NCBI GenBank assembly: GCA_030141605.1
Contig: JAQGDQ010002388.1
Location: 170,452-234,451, forward strand
Direction of reading: 5' to 3'
From: Tubiluchus corallicola
Taxonomy: Eukaryota > Animalia > Priapulida
Length of the DNA: 64,000 bases
The position numbers and the translations under genes are program-made. Below are positions 10,349-20,844 of this stretch, one piece after another (the stretch's first letter is position 1; every line of letters begins with the position of its first letter). The notes under the pieces are model-generated. The model was not told the DNA's origin, did no database searches, and was given only the letters and a program-made list of their open reading frames with translations.

Positions 10349-10611
10349 TAAATAATATACTTAACTAAAGGCATTGAAAATACGCATAGCAGTACATATA
10401 CTTTAATTTAGATAGAATTAGAAAAAATTTTATTTACAATAAAGCTATGAACAAATACAAAATCACCATTTTTTTTCTCACAATTTTAACTTTTTTATTA
10501 GAATTTCTATTGATAATTAAGTTGACAGTAAAATATACAAATACTCTGCTCTAAAAAACGGTAATTGAGCTTTAATATTGAGTGATTGGCAATAAAAGAG
10601 GTAGAAAAACA

Positions 10612-12111
10612 ATGCGTAGTTTTGCATCCGCTATATTTGGAAAAAGTTATATCATAACATTTTCATTTCTTATCATTTTTTCCCTGTTGCTTTCGTTGCA
10701 GTATGCGTCTGCTAAAAAATACGCTTCTATTGTAATTGATGCTAATGGAGGGAACATTCTTTATGGCCATAATTATACGCAAAAGCGATACCCTGCTTCC
10801 CTTACAAAGATGATGACTCTTTATATGCTTTTTGACGCGCTTGACTCTAAAAAAATTACACTCAAAACACCTTTAAAAGTCTCCCGTAAAGCTGCAGCTC
10901 AGCCTAATCTTAAACTCGGTTTAAAAGCCGGAAGTACTATTTTAGTTGAGCACGCCATCACAACTATTATTGTTCGATCCGCTAATGATGTCGCAACTGT
11001 TATCGCCGAAAATTTAGGAAAAACAGAACCAGCTTTTGCCAGAATGATGACAGCAAAAGCCAAGCAACTTGGTATGCATAACACAAATTTCAGAAACGCT
11101 TCCGGTCTTCCTGATAAGCAACAATACACAACTGCACAGGATATGGCTCTCCTTGCACAAAGTATTATGCTACACTTTCCGCAATATTACCATTTTTTCT
11201 CGAGAACAAGTTACCGATGGGGCGGTAAAACATACAAAACAACAAATAAGCCTTTAGAAACATACCAAGGGATGGATGGATTGAAAACAGGATATATTAA
11301 CGAATCCGGGCATAATTTAGCCTCATCTGCACAACGAGGAAATGTGCGCCTTATCGCCATCATTTTTGGCCAGGCAAAAAGTAAACGTGATGCATATATG
11401 AAAAAAATTCTTGACACTTCATTTAAAAAAGCCAGAGTCAAGCGTGCTAGTTTAATTACTCCTACACATAAACCAAGAGGTATTCTTCTCTACGCTGACG
11501 CGAAAAACATTATTATGCAAACTGAAAAAAGTATACCCTCTACACCTTATTCTAGACTAGCCTCTCAATATAACACGAATAATAAAATCGCAGAACAGGC
11601 AAGATATATTCTTCCTAAGCCTATCCAAAGACCAAAAATTCAGCTCGCTCAAAAAAGCTATACGCCTAAATCTAAGTCTTCTCAAGCTCATTTTATATCC
11701 CCTACCAACAGGCCTAAATATACACAAGCAGGCCATAATGACATGAATATTCATGTTATACCTGTAAGTAAAAGTTATCCTCCTTCTGATTCTTCTCAAA
11801 TAGGGAAAACAGGATTCTATGCAGAAAATATCCCCACCCCCTCTATCTCTAGAACAAAATGGGGCGTACAAATCATCAGTGCTCGCAATAAACAAAATGT
11901 TATTAATGAAGTTAAAAAAGCAAAAAACATCCTCCCTCAAAAATTCTTCTATGTAACACCACAAATCATCAACACACAGAAAAACGGAGCTACCCTCTAT
12001 AGAGGGCATCTCGGAAATATTGCCTCCCAGCAGGAAGCACGATCGATCTGCTTATATCTTAAACAACAAAACTTCGAGTGCATCATAACCCGAAGAGAGC
12101 AAAGCATCTAA
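10612..12111 (+). CDS. D-alanyl-D-alanine carboxypeptidase (peptidase S11) with C-terminal SPOR-like domain
   Basis: PASLTK (SxxK), SAN (SxN), KTG; low-complexity linker; WGVQI...ARSICLYLKQQNFEC SPOR-like end; ORF track starts at 10582. Confidence 0.88.
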   Translation: MRSFASAIFGKSYIITFSFLIIFSLLLSLQYASAKKYASIVIDANGGNILYGHNYTQKRYPASLTKMMTLYMLFDALDSKKITLKTPLKVSRKAAAQPNLKLGLKAGSTILVEHAITTIIVRSANDVATVIAENLGKTEPAFARMMTAKAKQLGMHNTNFRNASGLPDKQQYTTAQDMALLAQSIMLHFPQYYHFFSRTSYRWGGKTYKTTNKPLETYQGMDGLKTGYINESGHNLASSAQRGNVRLIAIIFGQAKSKRDAYMKKILDTSFKKARVKRASLITPTHKPRGILLYADAKNIIMQTEKSIPSTPYSRLASQYNTNNKIAEQARYILPKPIQRPKIQLAQKSYTPKSKSSQAHFISPTNRPKYTQAGHNDMNIHVIPVSKSYPPSDSSQIGKTGFYAENIPTPSISRTKWGVQIISARNKQNVINEVKKAKNILPQKFFYVTPQIINTQKNGATLYRGHLGNIASQQEARSICLYLKQQNFECIITRREQSI

Positions 12112-12163
12112 TTCGCCAACTCCATCATATATTTTAACTGGTAAAAAGAGCTTAGTCTCAGGT

Positions 12164-12943
12164 TTATTGAATATTGGACCATGAACTACGTAATGTAGCA
12201 AACACAGAAGAGGCAGGTGTGTTCGATTCTAAGCCTAAGGCATGAGCAAGTCTTTTGCTATCTGCCTGCAAAAATAAATTTAAGTGCTTAAGGCGTGATA
12301 AAGGAACCGGTACTGTTGGTTTTCCTTTTTGTTGCTTTTCTTTTACTTCCCGCTCAAAATCAAGAAGTTTTTCATCTTCTGGAAAAAACGAGCGTGCAAA
12401 ATGAATATGCGCCGCCGTATATTCATGGCCACAATAAACTAACGTTTCCTCCGGCAGAGATCTTAATTTCACAAGAGATTGCCACATTTCTTCAGCACTT
12501 CCTTCAAATAATAGACCGCACCCAAGGATAAAAAGAGTATCCCCGCAAAATACTGCCGAAGCAGATGGCAAATACCAAGCAATATGCCCTTGTGTATGAC
12601 CTGGAGTATCTAGAACCTGGAAACCTCCTGGGATTTTTGCAGATGTTTTCCCTTCTTTAACCGCAATATCTAAAAAAGGTAAACGATGAAAATCTTTTAC
12701 ACTTCCTGCAAAAAGAGCATTAGTCACTGAACGTAAGGGCTCAATAGCATTCACATGATCATCATGATGATGCGTTGCAAAGATATGCGTTAATTTTAAA
12801 GAATGTAATTTCAGAAAATCAAGAACAGGAGCCGTTTCTGATGGATCAATAACGACACACCAATCTTCAGCTGGATGCCAGATACCCCAAGCATAATTAT
12901 CTTTTAAAGAAGGAATAGCCTCTATACAAATATGTCCTACCAT
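12164..12943 (-). CDS. gloB: Hydroxyacylglutathione hydrolase (glyoxalase II)
   Basis: DNYAW, THHHDDH, TPGHTQGH, GDTLF, CGHEYT. Confidence 0.93.
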   Translation of the reverse strand: MVGHICIEAIPSLKDNYAWGIWHPAEDWCVVIDPSETAPVLDFLKLHSLKLTHIFATHHHDDHVNAIEPLRSVTNALFAGSVKDFHRLPFLDIAVKEGKTSAKIPGGFQVLDTPGHTQGHIAWYLPSASAVFCGDTLFILGCGLLFEGSAEEMWQSLVKLRSLPEETLVYCGHEYTAAHIHFARSFFPEDEKLLDFEREVKEKQQKGKPTVPVPLSRLKHLNLFLQADSKRLAHALGLESNTPASSVFATLRSSWSNIQ

Positions 12944-12948
12944 GATAT

Positions 12949-12990
12949 CGTTACCCTTTATCTCTTTAACGTTACCCTTTATCTCTTTAA
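12949..12990. repeat. Perfect 2x21-bp tandem duplication in the gloB leader
   Basis: CGTTACCCTTTATCTCTTTAA at 12949-12969 and 12970-12990. Confidence 0.9.
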
Positions 12991-13027
12991 TTTAAAATAG
13001 ATTCTTTAATTATGGTATAATACCCTC

Positions 13028-13741
13028 ATGAATAAAACAAGGATAGATATAGAGCTCTTCTATGCGACGCCTACCGGGAGATACATGCGTAAAATATTGC
13101 GCCAATCTGTTCTAAAGTACTGGCCATCCCTTGAAAACCATACCCTTCTAGGGCTCGGCTATCCTCATCCTTATCTTGATATTATCTCCCCGAGAACACA
13201 GAATTCTATTTGTGCCACAACACATGCTTCTCTCCAATATCCATGGTCTCCTCTTTCTAATAAAATACGCACAACCCTCGTAAGTGATACAGCACTCCCT
13301 TTTTATGATTCTTCTTTCAGCAGAGTCATCCTTGTCCACACTTTTGAATTTTGTCCAGAGCCAGATAGATTCCTTCAAGAAATATGGCGAATTCTTGATA
13401 CAAACGGAAAAGCTCTTCTCATCATACCTAATAAAAAAAGCCTCTGTGCTCTTTGTAAAAAATCATTCTTCCATAAAGAAGTAACATACACCATTGAAAC
13501 TATACAAAACATGCTCAAAAAAAACTGCTTTCTTATAGAAAAAAAGGAAACCTGCCTCTTTTTAGCTCCCCCTTTCCATAATAGATTCCTTTTTCAATTT
13601 TCCTCCTTCTTTGAAAAAATAGGGCATTATTGCTATCCAAATTTCGGCGCATTTCATATTATCGAAATCAAAAAACATCCTCAATTTCTTATGGAAACAA
13701 AAGATCACAGAATTCACGTAAATGCTGTCTTGCCAACATGA
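13028..13741 (+). CDS. Class I SAM-dependent methyltransferase (YafS-like)
   Basis: LLGLGY, LPFYDSSFSRVILVH, LQEIWRIL; divergent from gloB as is common. Confidence 0.8.
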   Translation: MNKTRIDIELFYATPTGRYMRKILRQSVLKYWPSLENHTLLGLGYPHPYLDIISPRTQNSICATTHASLQYPWSPLSNKIRTTLVSDTALPFYDSSFSRVILVHTFEFCPEPDRFLQEIWRILDTNGKALLIIPNKKSLCALCKKSFFHKEVTYTIETIQNMLKKNCFLIEKKETCLFLAPPFHNRFLFQFSSFFEKIGHYCYPNFGAFHIIEIKKHPQFLMETKDHRIHVNAVLPT

Positions 13742-13750
13742 AAATTCCAA

Positions 13751-14236
13751 ATGGCTAAAAACATACAACATAATGCTGAAAATATTGTTCAAATCTTTAC
13801 AGATGGTGCATGTAGTGGAAATCCAGGTCCTGGTGGATGGGCTGCGCTTCTACGGTGGGGACAACACGAAAAAATGATCTCAGGGCATCACCCTCAAACA
13901 ACCAACAATCGAATGGAACTCAAGGCTGTCCTTAGTGCGTTAGAAATATTAAAATATCCCTGCTTTGTTCATATCTATACAGATAGTGCATACGTGAAAA
14001 ACGGTATAACAATATGGATACACACATGGAAAAAAAATAACTGGACAAGTTCCGCAAAAAAGAAAATTAAAAATATAGAACTATGGAAGCTCTTAGATAA
14101 TGTTGCGCAACAACATACTATACAATGGTTCTGGATTAAAGGACATAGTGGGCACCCCGAAAATAGCCGCGTCGATCAACAAGCAAGAGACGAAGCATTA
14201 ATTGCTAAAAAAATAAAAACACTCTTAGAAACATGA
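13751..14236 (+). CDS. rnhA: Ribonuclease HI
   Basis: FTDGACSGNPGPGG, TTNNRMEL, TDSAYV, WIKGHSGHPEN. Confidence 0.96.
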   Translation: MAKNIQHNAENIVQIFTDGACSGNPGPGGWAALLRWGQHEKMISGHHPQTTNNRMELKAVLSALEILKYPCFVHIYTDSAYVKNGITIWIHTWKKNNWTSSAKKKIKNIELWKLLDNVAQQHTIQWFWIKGHSGHPENSRVDQQARDEALIAKKIKTLLET

Positions 14237-14250
14237 AAAGATATTAAGAA

Positions 14251-15651
14251 ATGAACTATATCAGTACACGATCTTCCTACAAAAACACACAATCTTTCGA
14301 AGACATCCTCATGTCCGGGCTAGCAAAAGATGGAGGGCTTTATCTACCAAAAGAATGGCCTCATTTTTCACACAAAGAGCTGCTAGAGCTTCAAAATTCC
14401 CCCTACCATGAGATCACTGCTGTAATCCTCTCTCCCTTTGTAAACAAAGCATTTTCACAAGAACAACTACTCTCTATAACAAAAAAAGCGTATTCTTCTT
14501 TCCACCATTCCGCAGTTGCTCCTCTAACACAAATCGATCATAAGCTCTGGATTCTCGAACTTTTTCATGGGCCTACCCTTTCATTTAAAGACTATCCTTT
14601 GCAACTTCTAGGACTCTTTTTTGATGCTATCTTGCAAAATAACAGCCAAAAGCTGACTATCATTGGTGCAACATCAGGAGACACAGGATCTGCTGCTATT
14701 GAAGCCTTTAAAAATATTCCAACTGTTAATCTCTTTATTCTCCATCCACATAAAAAAATATCTGAAACTCAACGGCGCCAGATGACAACTGTTCAAAACG
14801 AAAATATCCATAATATCGCTATACAAGGAAATTTCGATGACTGCCAAAAAATAGTTAAACAACTTCTTCAAGATCCCATCTTAAAGCAAAAAACTTCCCT
14901 ATCTGCTGTAAATTCCATTAACTGGGGAAGAATTATGATCCAAATTGCTTATTATTTTATAGCCGCATTGCGACTCGGTGCTCCACAACGAACGCTTTCC
15001 TTTTCTGTTCCAACTGGAAATTTTGGTAATATTTTCGCCGCTTGGGCCGCAAAACAATGTGGTTTACCAATAAAAACACTTCTATGTGCCTCTAACACAA
15101 ATGATATACTGACACGGTATTTTCATACTGGCATTATGGAAAAAAAATCTGTAATTCCAACAATAGCCCCTAGCATGGATATACAAGTCTCCAGTAATTT
15201 CGAACGGCTCCTTTTCGAATATCTCCAAAGAGATCATGAACGTACAAAAATTCTTATGGAAACCTTTAATAAAAGCGGGATCGTCAACTTCGGAAATACC
15301 CTTAAAGAGCAATTATCCTCTCTCTTTCAGGCTTATAAATTTGACGACCCCCACATTTGTAATGCTATTCAAAAATGGTATAAAAAAACAGGGAATCTCT
15401 TTGATCCTCATACAATCTGCGCAATAGAAGCAGCAGAATCTACTAGGAAAAATGACCCAACAAATGACATAACTACTATCGCTATCGCAACAGCACATCC
15501 TGCAAAATTTCCTCAAACAATCCTTGAAAGTTGTGGCCAAAAGCCTCATATTCCTAGCCAAATTATACCTATATACACAAAAAAAGAGAAATTTGACATC
15601 CTCCCGCCAGAAAAAAACAAAATACGAAACCTAATACTCAAAACACTCTAA
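14251..15651 (+). CDS. thrC: Threonine synthase
   Basis: MNYISTR, ELFHGPTLSFKD (PLP Lys), GATSGDTG, VPTGNFGN, TAHPAKF. Confidence 0.96.
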   Translation: MNYISTRSSYKNTQSFEDILMSGLAKDGGLYLPKEWPHFSHKELLELQNSPYHEITAVILSPFVNKAFSQEQLLSITKKAYSSFHHSAVAPLTQIDHKLWILELFHGPTLSFKDYPLQLLGLFFDAILQNNSQKLTIIGATSGDTGSAAIEAFKNIPTVNLFILHPHKKISETQRRQMTTVQNENIHNIAIQGNFDDCQKIVKQLLQDPILKQKTSLSAVNSINWGRIMIQIAYYFIAALRLGAPQRTLSFSVPTGNFGNIFAAWAAKQCGLPIKTLLCASNTNDILTRYFHTGIMEKKSVIPTIAPSMDIQVSSNFERLLFEYLQRDHERTKILMETFNKSGIVNFGNTLKEQLSSLFQAYKFDDPHICNAIQKWYKKTGNLFDPHTICAIEAAESTRKNDPTNDITTIAIATAHPAKFPQTILESCGQKPHIPSQIIPIYTKKEKFDILPPEKNKIRNLILKTL

Positions 15652-15702
15652 ATAAATGCCTTACGAAAATAAAAGACCATCCATAAGAAGGAGATATTCT
15701 TT

Positions 15703-16962
15703 ATGGCAATAAAAAAAACTACACTTAGCAATGGCTTGACAATTCTAACAGACACAATTCCTACTGTTGAAACAGTTTCTATTGGTATTTGGCTAAATGC
15801 CGGCTCCAGAGACGAACTACCAGAGCATAACGGCACTTTTCATTTTTTAGAGCATATGGCTTTTAAAGGAACAAAAAAGCGAACTGCATACGACATTGCT
15901 CTAGAAATTGAAAATGTTGGCGGCTATATGAATGCTTGGACTTCGCGAGAAAATACAGTTTGGTATACAAAAGTTCTCCACAAGGATACACCACTTGCTG
16001 TTGATATTCTCTCTGATATCTTCCTTAATCCAACACTTGAACCTCAAGAATTTGAACGCGAGCAATCGGTCATAATTCAGGAGATACGACAAGCACAAGA
16101 TATGCCGGATGACGCTATTTTTGATCTATTTCAGAAAACCGCATGGCCCGAGCAACCTATTGGTCTTCCTATTGCTGGAACAGAAAAAATTATTGCTAAT
16201 ATCTCTAGGAATACTCTCTTAAACTATATGGAAAATTATTGGGATCCAAAAAAAATAATTGTCGTTTCTTCCGGAAAATTAGATCACGAAATACTTTCTA
16301 GAATGATTGAAAAAAAATTTGGACAAATCCAGCCAAAAAATACTTATACTCAACAACAAAAACCTTGTTATCATGGTGGAGAAAGCCATGAAAAACGACA
16401 ATTGGAGCAAATACAACTTGTTTTAGGGTTTGAAGGTATCCCCACAAAAGATAATGATTATTACGCTGCTTCTATTTTCTCAATACTTTTCGGTGGAGGA
16501 ATGTCATCTAGGCTTTTTCAGGAAATCCGAGAAAAAAAAGGTCTTGTCTATACAATACATAGTTTCCTTTCTGCATACCATGATTGTGGTGTTTTTGGTA
16601 TATACGCAGTCACAGGAGAAAAAGAAATTTCTGAATTGCTCTCAACCTTCTGCCAAGAAACTAAAAAAGCATGTTATACAACCCAACAAGAAGAAATTGA
16701 GCGCGCAAAAAATCAACTATTAGCCGGCATACTCATGGAGCAAGAAAATACATGGTTCCGATGCCAGCAAATGGCTCGGCAGTTTCTTACCTATGGGACA
16801 ACATTTACCGTTAAAGAAATTCAGGAAAAAATACAACAAGTCAATCTAGAGCAAATTCACAAAACAGCAAAACGACTTATAAATGAAAAAATTACCTTTT
16901 CTACAATCGGAGAAACAAAAGAAATACCGTCTCTTGAAGAAATTAAAAATATCTTACGCTAA
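15703..16962 (+). CDS. M16B (pitrilysin/MPP-like) zinc peptidase
   Basis: HFLEH inverted zincin motif, GGGMSSRLFQEIREKKGLVY; thrC-adjacent as in many alphaproteobacteria. Confidence 0.92.
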   Translation: MAIKKTTLSNGLTILTDTIPTVETVSIGIWLNAGSRDELPEHNGTFHFLEHMAFKGTKKRTAYDIALEIENVGGYMNAWTSRENTVWYTKVLHKDTPLAVDILSDIFLNPTLEPQEFEREQSVIIQEIRQAQDMPDDAIFDLFQKTAWPEQPIGLPIAGTEKIIANISRNTLLNYMENYWDPKKIIVVSSGKLDHEILSRMIEKKFGQIQPKNTYTQQQKPCYHGGESHEKRQLEQIQLVLGFEGIPTKDNDYYAASIFSILFGGGMSSRLFQEIREKKGLVYTIHSFLSAYHDCGVFGIYAVTGEKEISELLSTFCQETKKACYTTQQEEIERAKNQLLAGILMEQENTWFRCQQMARQFLTYGTTFTVKEIQEKIQQVNLEQIHKTAKRLINEKITFSTIGETKEIPSLEEIKNILR

Positions 16963-17074
16963 CTTTACCACAAAAATTCTCAGAGTATAGTTTTCAAACC
17001 TCAAATTTAATAGCCTCTTTAGAGTAAAATTTTCATAGAAATATAGTAAAATATACCTAAAACACACTTAAAAG

Positions 17075-17662
17075 TTATGCATTTCCTCTCATTCCTGTGA
17101 GCCATGAAGAAAAAGAAGTAACTTTCGTTGCTAAAGTATGCTGACAAATAAAGTCTGGTGATGGTGAAAACAAAACATCAGGTAAAACAGGCGCAACAAC
17201 CCAGCAATCTTCCATGATCTCATGCTCAAGCTGCTCTTTTCCCCAAGCAGTATATCCTAGAAAAACTTTATAATGGCCAGACTCCAAGCGCCCTGAAGCA
17301 ATTGCTTCTAATGCGGCATGAGATAAAGAAAGAAATACATTATCATTAATCTGTATCGTCGTCTCATCTTCATAATCAGAATCATGAAGCACCATCCCCC
17401 GTTCCAAGTCTACAGGGCCTCCGACCCAAACCACAGAAGAAGAAGGAGAAAAATGCTCGCTATTGATATCCATTTCTTCTAACAGCCGCTCTATTGTAAT
17501 ATCATCCGAAGAGCAACTTAAAAGAAGGCCCATAGCACCATTTGGGTTGTGTTCACACAACAAAACAACACTCTGATTAAATGGTGTATTCGCAAGTTCT
17601 GCTGTTGCTACTAACAACATTCCCTGCAAAGAATTGTGCAAAAAAATATCTAAAACAGACAT
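17075..17662 (-). CDS. YqgE/AlgH family protein (UPF0301)
   Basis: LLVAT, SVVLLCEH, GAMGL, GGPV, GYTAWGKEQLEHE. Confidence 0.9.
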   Translation of the reverse strand: MSVLDIFLHNSLQGMLLVATAELANTPFNQSVVLLCEHNPNGAMGLLLSCSSDDITIERLLEEMDINSEHFSPSSSVVWVGGPVDLERGMVLHDSDYEDETTIQINDNVFLSLSHAALEAIASGRLESGHYKVFLGYTAWGKEQLEHEIMEDCWVVAPVLPDVLFSPSPDFICQHTLATKVTSFSSWLTGMRGNA

Positions 17663-17808
17663 ATGTTTCCTTTAGTATTATCATCATTAAGTTTTATATT
17701 CTAATATTCATACTTATTATATATATTATTATACCACAATATTAATTTATAATTATATTTTTACGTTTTATTAATATAGTTATTAGAGTAGAATAAAGCT
17801 TCTATAAA

Positions 17809-19935
17809 ATGAAATTTTCTTTAACTAACATTATAATACCTCTTAAAAATACCTCTTTTTGTAAAAGAAGAACAGCCATAGCAATATGTTTTCTTCTTTT
17901 CAATATATTATCAGCTCAGGCTTATCAAACTGAAATAGAATCCAAAACGGATGAACTTTCAAAGGTTAAGCTATTAATTGCTTCTGTAAAAAAAAATAAC
18001 AACAATACAGCAATAATGGCTGGTCTTGAAATTTCCCTACCGAAGGGATGGCATACATACTGGAGAACTCCTGGAGATGTTGGTTTTAAAACAACAATTG
18101 TCGCTGAANNNNNNNNNNNNNNNNNNNNNNNNNNNNNNNNNNNNNNNNNNNNNNNNNNNNNNNNNNNNNNNNNNNNNNNNNNNNNNNNNNNNNNNNNNNN
18201 NNNNNNNNNNNNNNNNNNNNNNNNNNNNNNNNNNNNNNNNNNNNNNNNNNNNNNNNNNNNNNNNNNNNNNNNNNNNNNNNNNNNNNNNNNNNNNNNNNNN
18301 NNNNNNNNNNNNNNNNNNNNNNNNNNNNNNNNNNNNNNNNNNNNNNNNNNNNNNNNNNNNNNNNNNNNNNNNNNNNNNNNNNNNNNNNNNNNNNNNNNNN
18401 NNNNNNNNNNNNNNNNNNNNNNNNNNNNNNNNNNNNNNNNNNNNNNNNNNNNNNNNNNNNNNNNNNNNNNNNNNNNNNNNNNNNNNNNNNNNNNNNNNNN
18501 NNNNNNNNNNNNNNNNNNNNNNNNNNNNNNNNNNNNNNNNNNNNNNNNNNNNNNNNNNNNNNNNNNNNNNNNNNNNNNNNNNNNNNNNNNNNNNNNNNNN
18601 NNNNNNNNNNNNNNNNNNNNNNNNNNNNNNNNNNNNNNNNNNNNNNNNNNNNNNNNNNNNNNNNNNNNNNNNNNNNNNNNNNNNNNNNNNNNNNNNNNNN
18701 NNNNNNNNNNNNNNNNNNNNNNNNNNNNNNNNNNNNNNNNNNNNNNNNNNNNNNNNNNNNNNNNNNNNNNNNNNNNNNNNNNNNNNNNNNNNNNNNNNNN
18801 NNNNNNNNNNNNNNNNNNNNNNNNNNNNNNNNNNNNNNNCATCAAACTCACAACAGTCTTACATAACTATGAGAAAAAAAGTAGAGTACGATTTGCTTTT
18901 ATAGCAAGTGCAGCAGGCATAATAACATCCTTCATAGCAATTGCTTTCTTCGTAAGCATTCTTAAAAAAACCGGAGAATCCATCGGATGGGGTATACAAT
19001 TCCAAAATCCCTTCTTTATCTTCTTTATGCTGGTGATTTTAGTCATATTTAGCTATAATTTATGGGGCTATTGGAATATACCTACTCTCTCTTTTATAAC
19101 AAAAAATACAGATCCCAAAAGCCAAAATTTAATAACTCAACATTTCATAAATGGTGTTTTCGCAACTCTCCTCTCAACATCGTGCTCTGCTCCCTTTGTC
19201 TCTACCGCTGCAGGATGGGCTCTCGCTGGAAGCTATACTGATATTTTTATCATCTTTACTACTATGGGAATAGGATTCGCAACGCCATGGATAGCGATTG
19301 CGATCTTCCCCAAAAGCATCCTTCTTCTCCCAAAACCAGGACCATGGATAAACACAGTGCGAAAAATTCTTGGCGCTCTTCTTATGCTAACAGCTCTATG
19401 GCTTATCTGGATTCTGAGACAGCAACAGCAACAAAATCTTATTATTATCGCTATATTTTTTATCACTGGGTTTCCTGTTATTCTTCTAATACGAAAACAC
19501 ACAAGACGGTATATCATGCTCATACTTACAACACTAATTACAATAAGCACAATAAGCATAAATAGCTATTTTCAACCTATGCAAAAAAAAGCCACTGAAC
19601 CCTTTAATCCAGAAGAAATAAACCAACTTCTAGAAGAAAACTATATTGTCTTTGTTAATGTAACAGCGGCATGGTGCATAACATGTTATACAAACAAATT
19701 ATTTGTTCTTAACCAAGAACCCATCAAAGCTATTTTAGAAAACCCTAACGTGATTACATTGACTGCAGACTGGACAAGTAAAGATGATGTTATTACGCAA
19801 TATATTAAACAATTTAAAAGATCTGGCATTCCTCTAAATGTTATTTATAGCCCGCTTTACCCAAATGGAATGCTTCTCCCTGTAATCCTAACGCCAAAAA
19901 ATACAGAAGAAGCTTTTTTACACCATTTTCAATAA
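17809..19935 (+). CDS. DsbD-family protein-disulfide reductase (interrupted by assembly gap)
   Basis: GWHTYWRTPGDVG N-domain; WGIQFQ and STSCSAPF membrane domain; C-terminal thioredoxin WCITC; reading frame preserved across the gap as sized. Confidence 0.85.
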   Translation: MKFSLTNIIIPLKNTSFCKRRTAIAICFLLFNILSAQAYQTEIESKTDELSKVKLLIASVKKNNNNTAIMAGLEISLPKGWHTYWRTPGDVGFKTTIVAEXXXXXXXXXXXXXXXXXXXXXXXXXXXXXXXXXXXXXXXXXXXXXXXXXXXXXXXXXXXXXXXXXXXXXXXXXXXXXXXXXXXXXXXXXXXXXXXXXXXXXXXXXXXXXXXXXXXXXXXXXXXXXXXXXXXXXXXXXXXXXXXXXXXXXXXXXXXXXXXXXXXXXXXXXXXXXXXXXXXXXXXXXXXXXXXXXXXXXXXXXXXXXXXXXXXXXXXXXXXXXXXXXXXXXXXXXXXXXXXXXXXXIKLTTVLHNYEKKSRVRFAFIASAAGIITSFIAIAFFVSILKKTGESIGWGIQFQNPFFIFFMLVILVIFSYNLWGYWNIPTLSFITKNTDPKSQNLITQHFINGVFATLLSTSCSAPFVSTAAGWALAGSYTDIFIIFTTMGIGFATPWIAIAIFPKSILLLPKPGPWINTVRKILGALLMLTALWLIWILRQQQQQNLIIIAIFFITGFPVILLIRKHTRRYIMLILTTLITISTISINSYFQPMQKKATEPFNPEEINQLLEENYIVFVNVTAAWCITCYTNKLFVLNQEPIKAILENPNVITLTADWTSKDDVITQYIKQFKRSGIPLNVIYSPLYPNGMLLPVILTPKNTEEAFLHHFQ
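18109..18839. other. Assembly gap (731 N)
   Basis: Run of n characters. Confidence 1.
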
Positions 19936-20052
19936 AATGAGCCTTTTTATATTTATCTCTTTTAGAATTATATTATCTGCCTTACTTATATCAAGTTTTA
20001 ATTAATTCTCTTCAAGTTCAGAATCTACAAAAAAGCACCTTTATAAAAAACC

Positions 20053-20844
20053 CTATAGGCGAGAGCTTTTCCAAACAAGTTGGCCAATAATATTCAATGA
20101 TTTCAAAGGAGAGCGAAACCATTCACATTTCTTCCCTTTTTCTTCTTGCCCTGTCTTAAGCGCAACAAAATGATCGCCACCAGGAATAATTTCTAAATAC
20201 TTTATTGACAAACGACCATATTCCTGCAGCACAAATAAACCAGGTGGAAAAGGAAAACATGACTGCATGTTGACCATAACACGATCTCCCAACATAAGAA
20301 GAGGCTCCATATCTCTCCCATTAACACGCATAATAAAAAGAGCACAAGGATCAACATTTAATGATAGTTCATACAATAAATACTTCTGTGAAAACCCCCA
20401 ATAGTTTAGAGGCTTAAAATAATCACGATTCGACTGAGAGAGTAAAACTGATTCATCTACAACCTGCTGAGCGTCTATCTCTGGCATTTGAACAATATAA
20501 TCATCGCTAGATAACTTACCAGAAGAAATTGCAATAAAATTCTGCTGTGATATATCCGAGACATAGGAATCATTTTCTGCGCAGGATGGTGGCATACTAT
20601 GGCTATAAGAAAGCTTGTTAACCCCAAATAAAAGCCACGAAAAATCAACATCTAAAATTTCACTATATTTTAAAGCCAATCTGGATCCAAAACGGCGTGT
20701 ACCATTCTCATGAGAACGATAAGTAACTTCTGAAACTCCAACGGTACGCGCGAATGCCGCAGCTGTTCTAAACCCTTTTTCTTCTCTCGCTAACCGGAGT
20801 CTTTTAGCTGCGACAAGTGTTTCCTTATCCTTCTTTGAATACAT
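20053..20844 (-). CDS. XRE-family HTH plus degenerate S24 peptidase domain (CI/LexA-like repressor)
   Basis: RLRLAR...TYRSHENG...WLLFG HTH; C-terminal VNGRDMEP...GDRVMV...PPGLFVL...IKYL...IIGQLVW S24-fold pattern. Confidence 0.82.
   Translation of the reverse strand: MYSKKDKETLVAAKRLRLAREEKGFRTAAAFARTVGVSEVTYRSHENGTRRFGSRLALKYSEILDVDFSWLLFGVNKLSYSHSMPPSCAENDSYVSDISQQNFIAISSGKLSSDDYIVQMPEIDAQQVVDESVLLSQSNRDYFKPLNYWGFSQKYLLYELSLNVDPCALFIMRVNGRDMEPLLMLGDRVMVNMQSCFPFPPGLFVLQEYGRLSIKYLEIIPGGDHFVALKTGQEEKGKKCEWFRSPLKSLNIIGQLVWKSSRL

Noticed and set aside
17925-18904. 308-aa and 292-aa ORFs across the N run
   Set aside because: Artefacts of the assembly gap (no stop codons in N)
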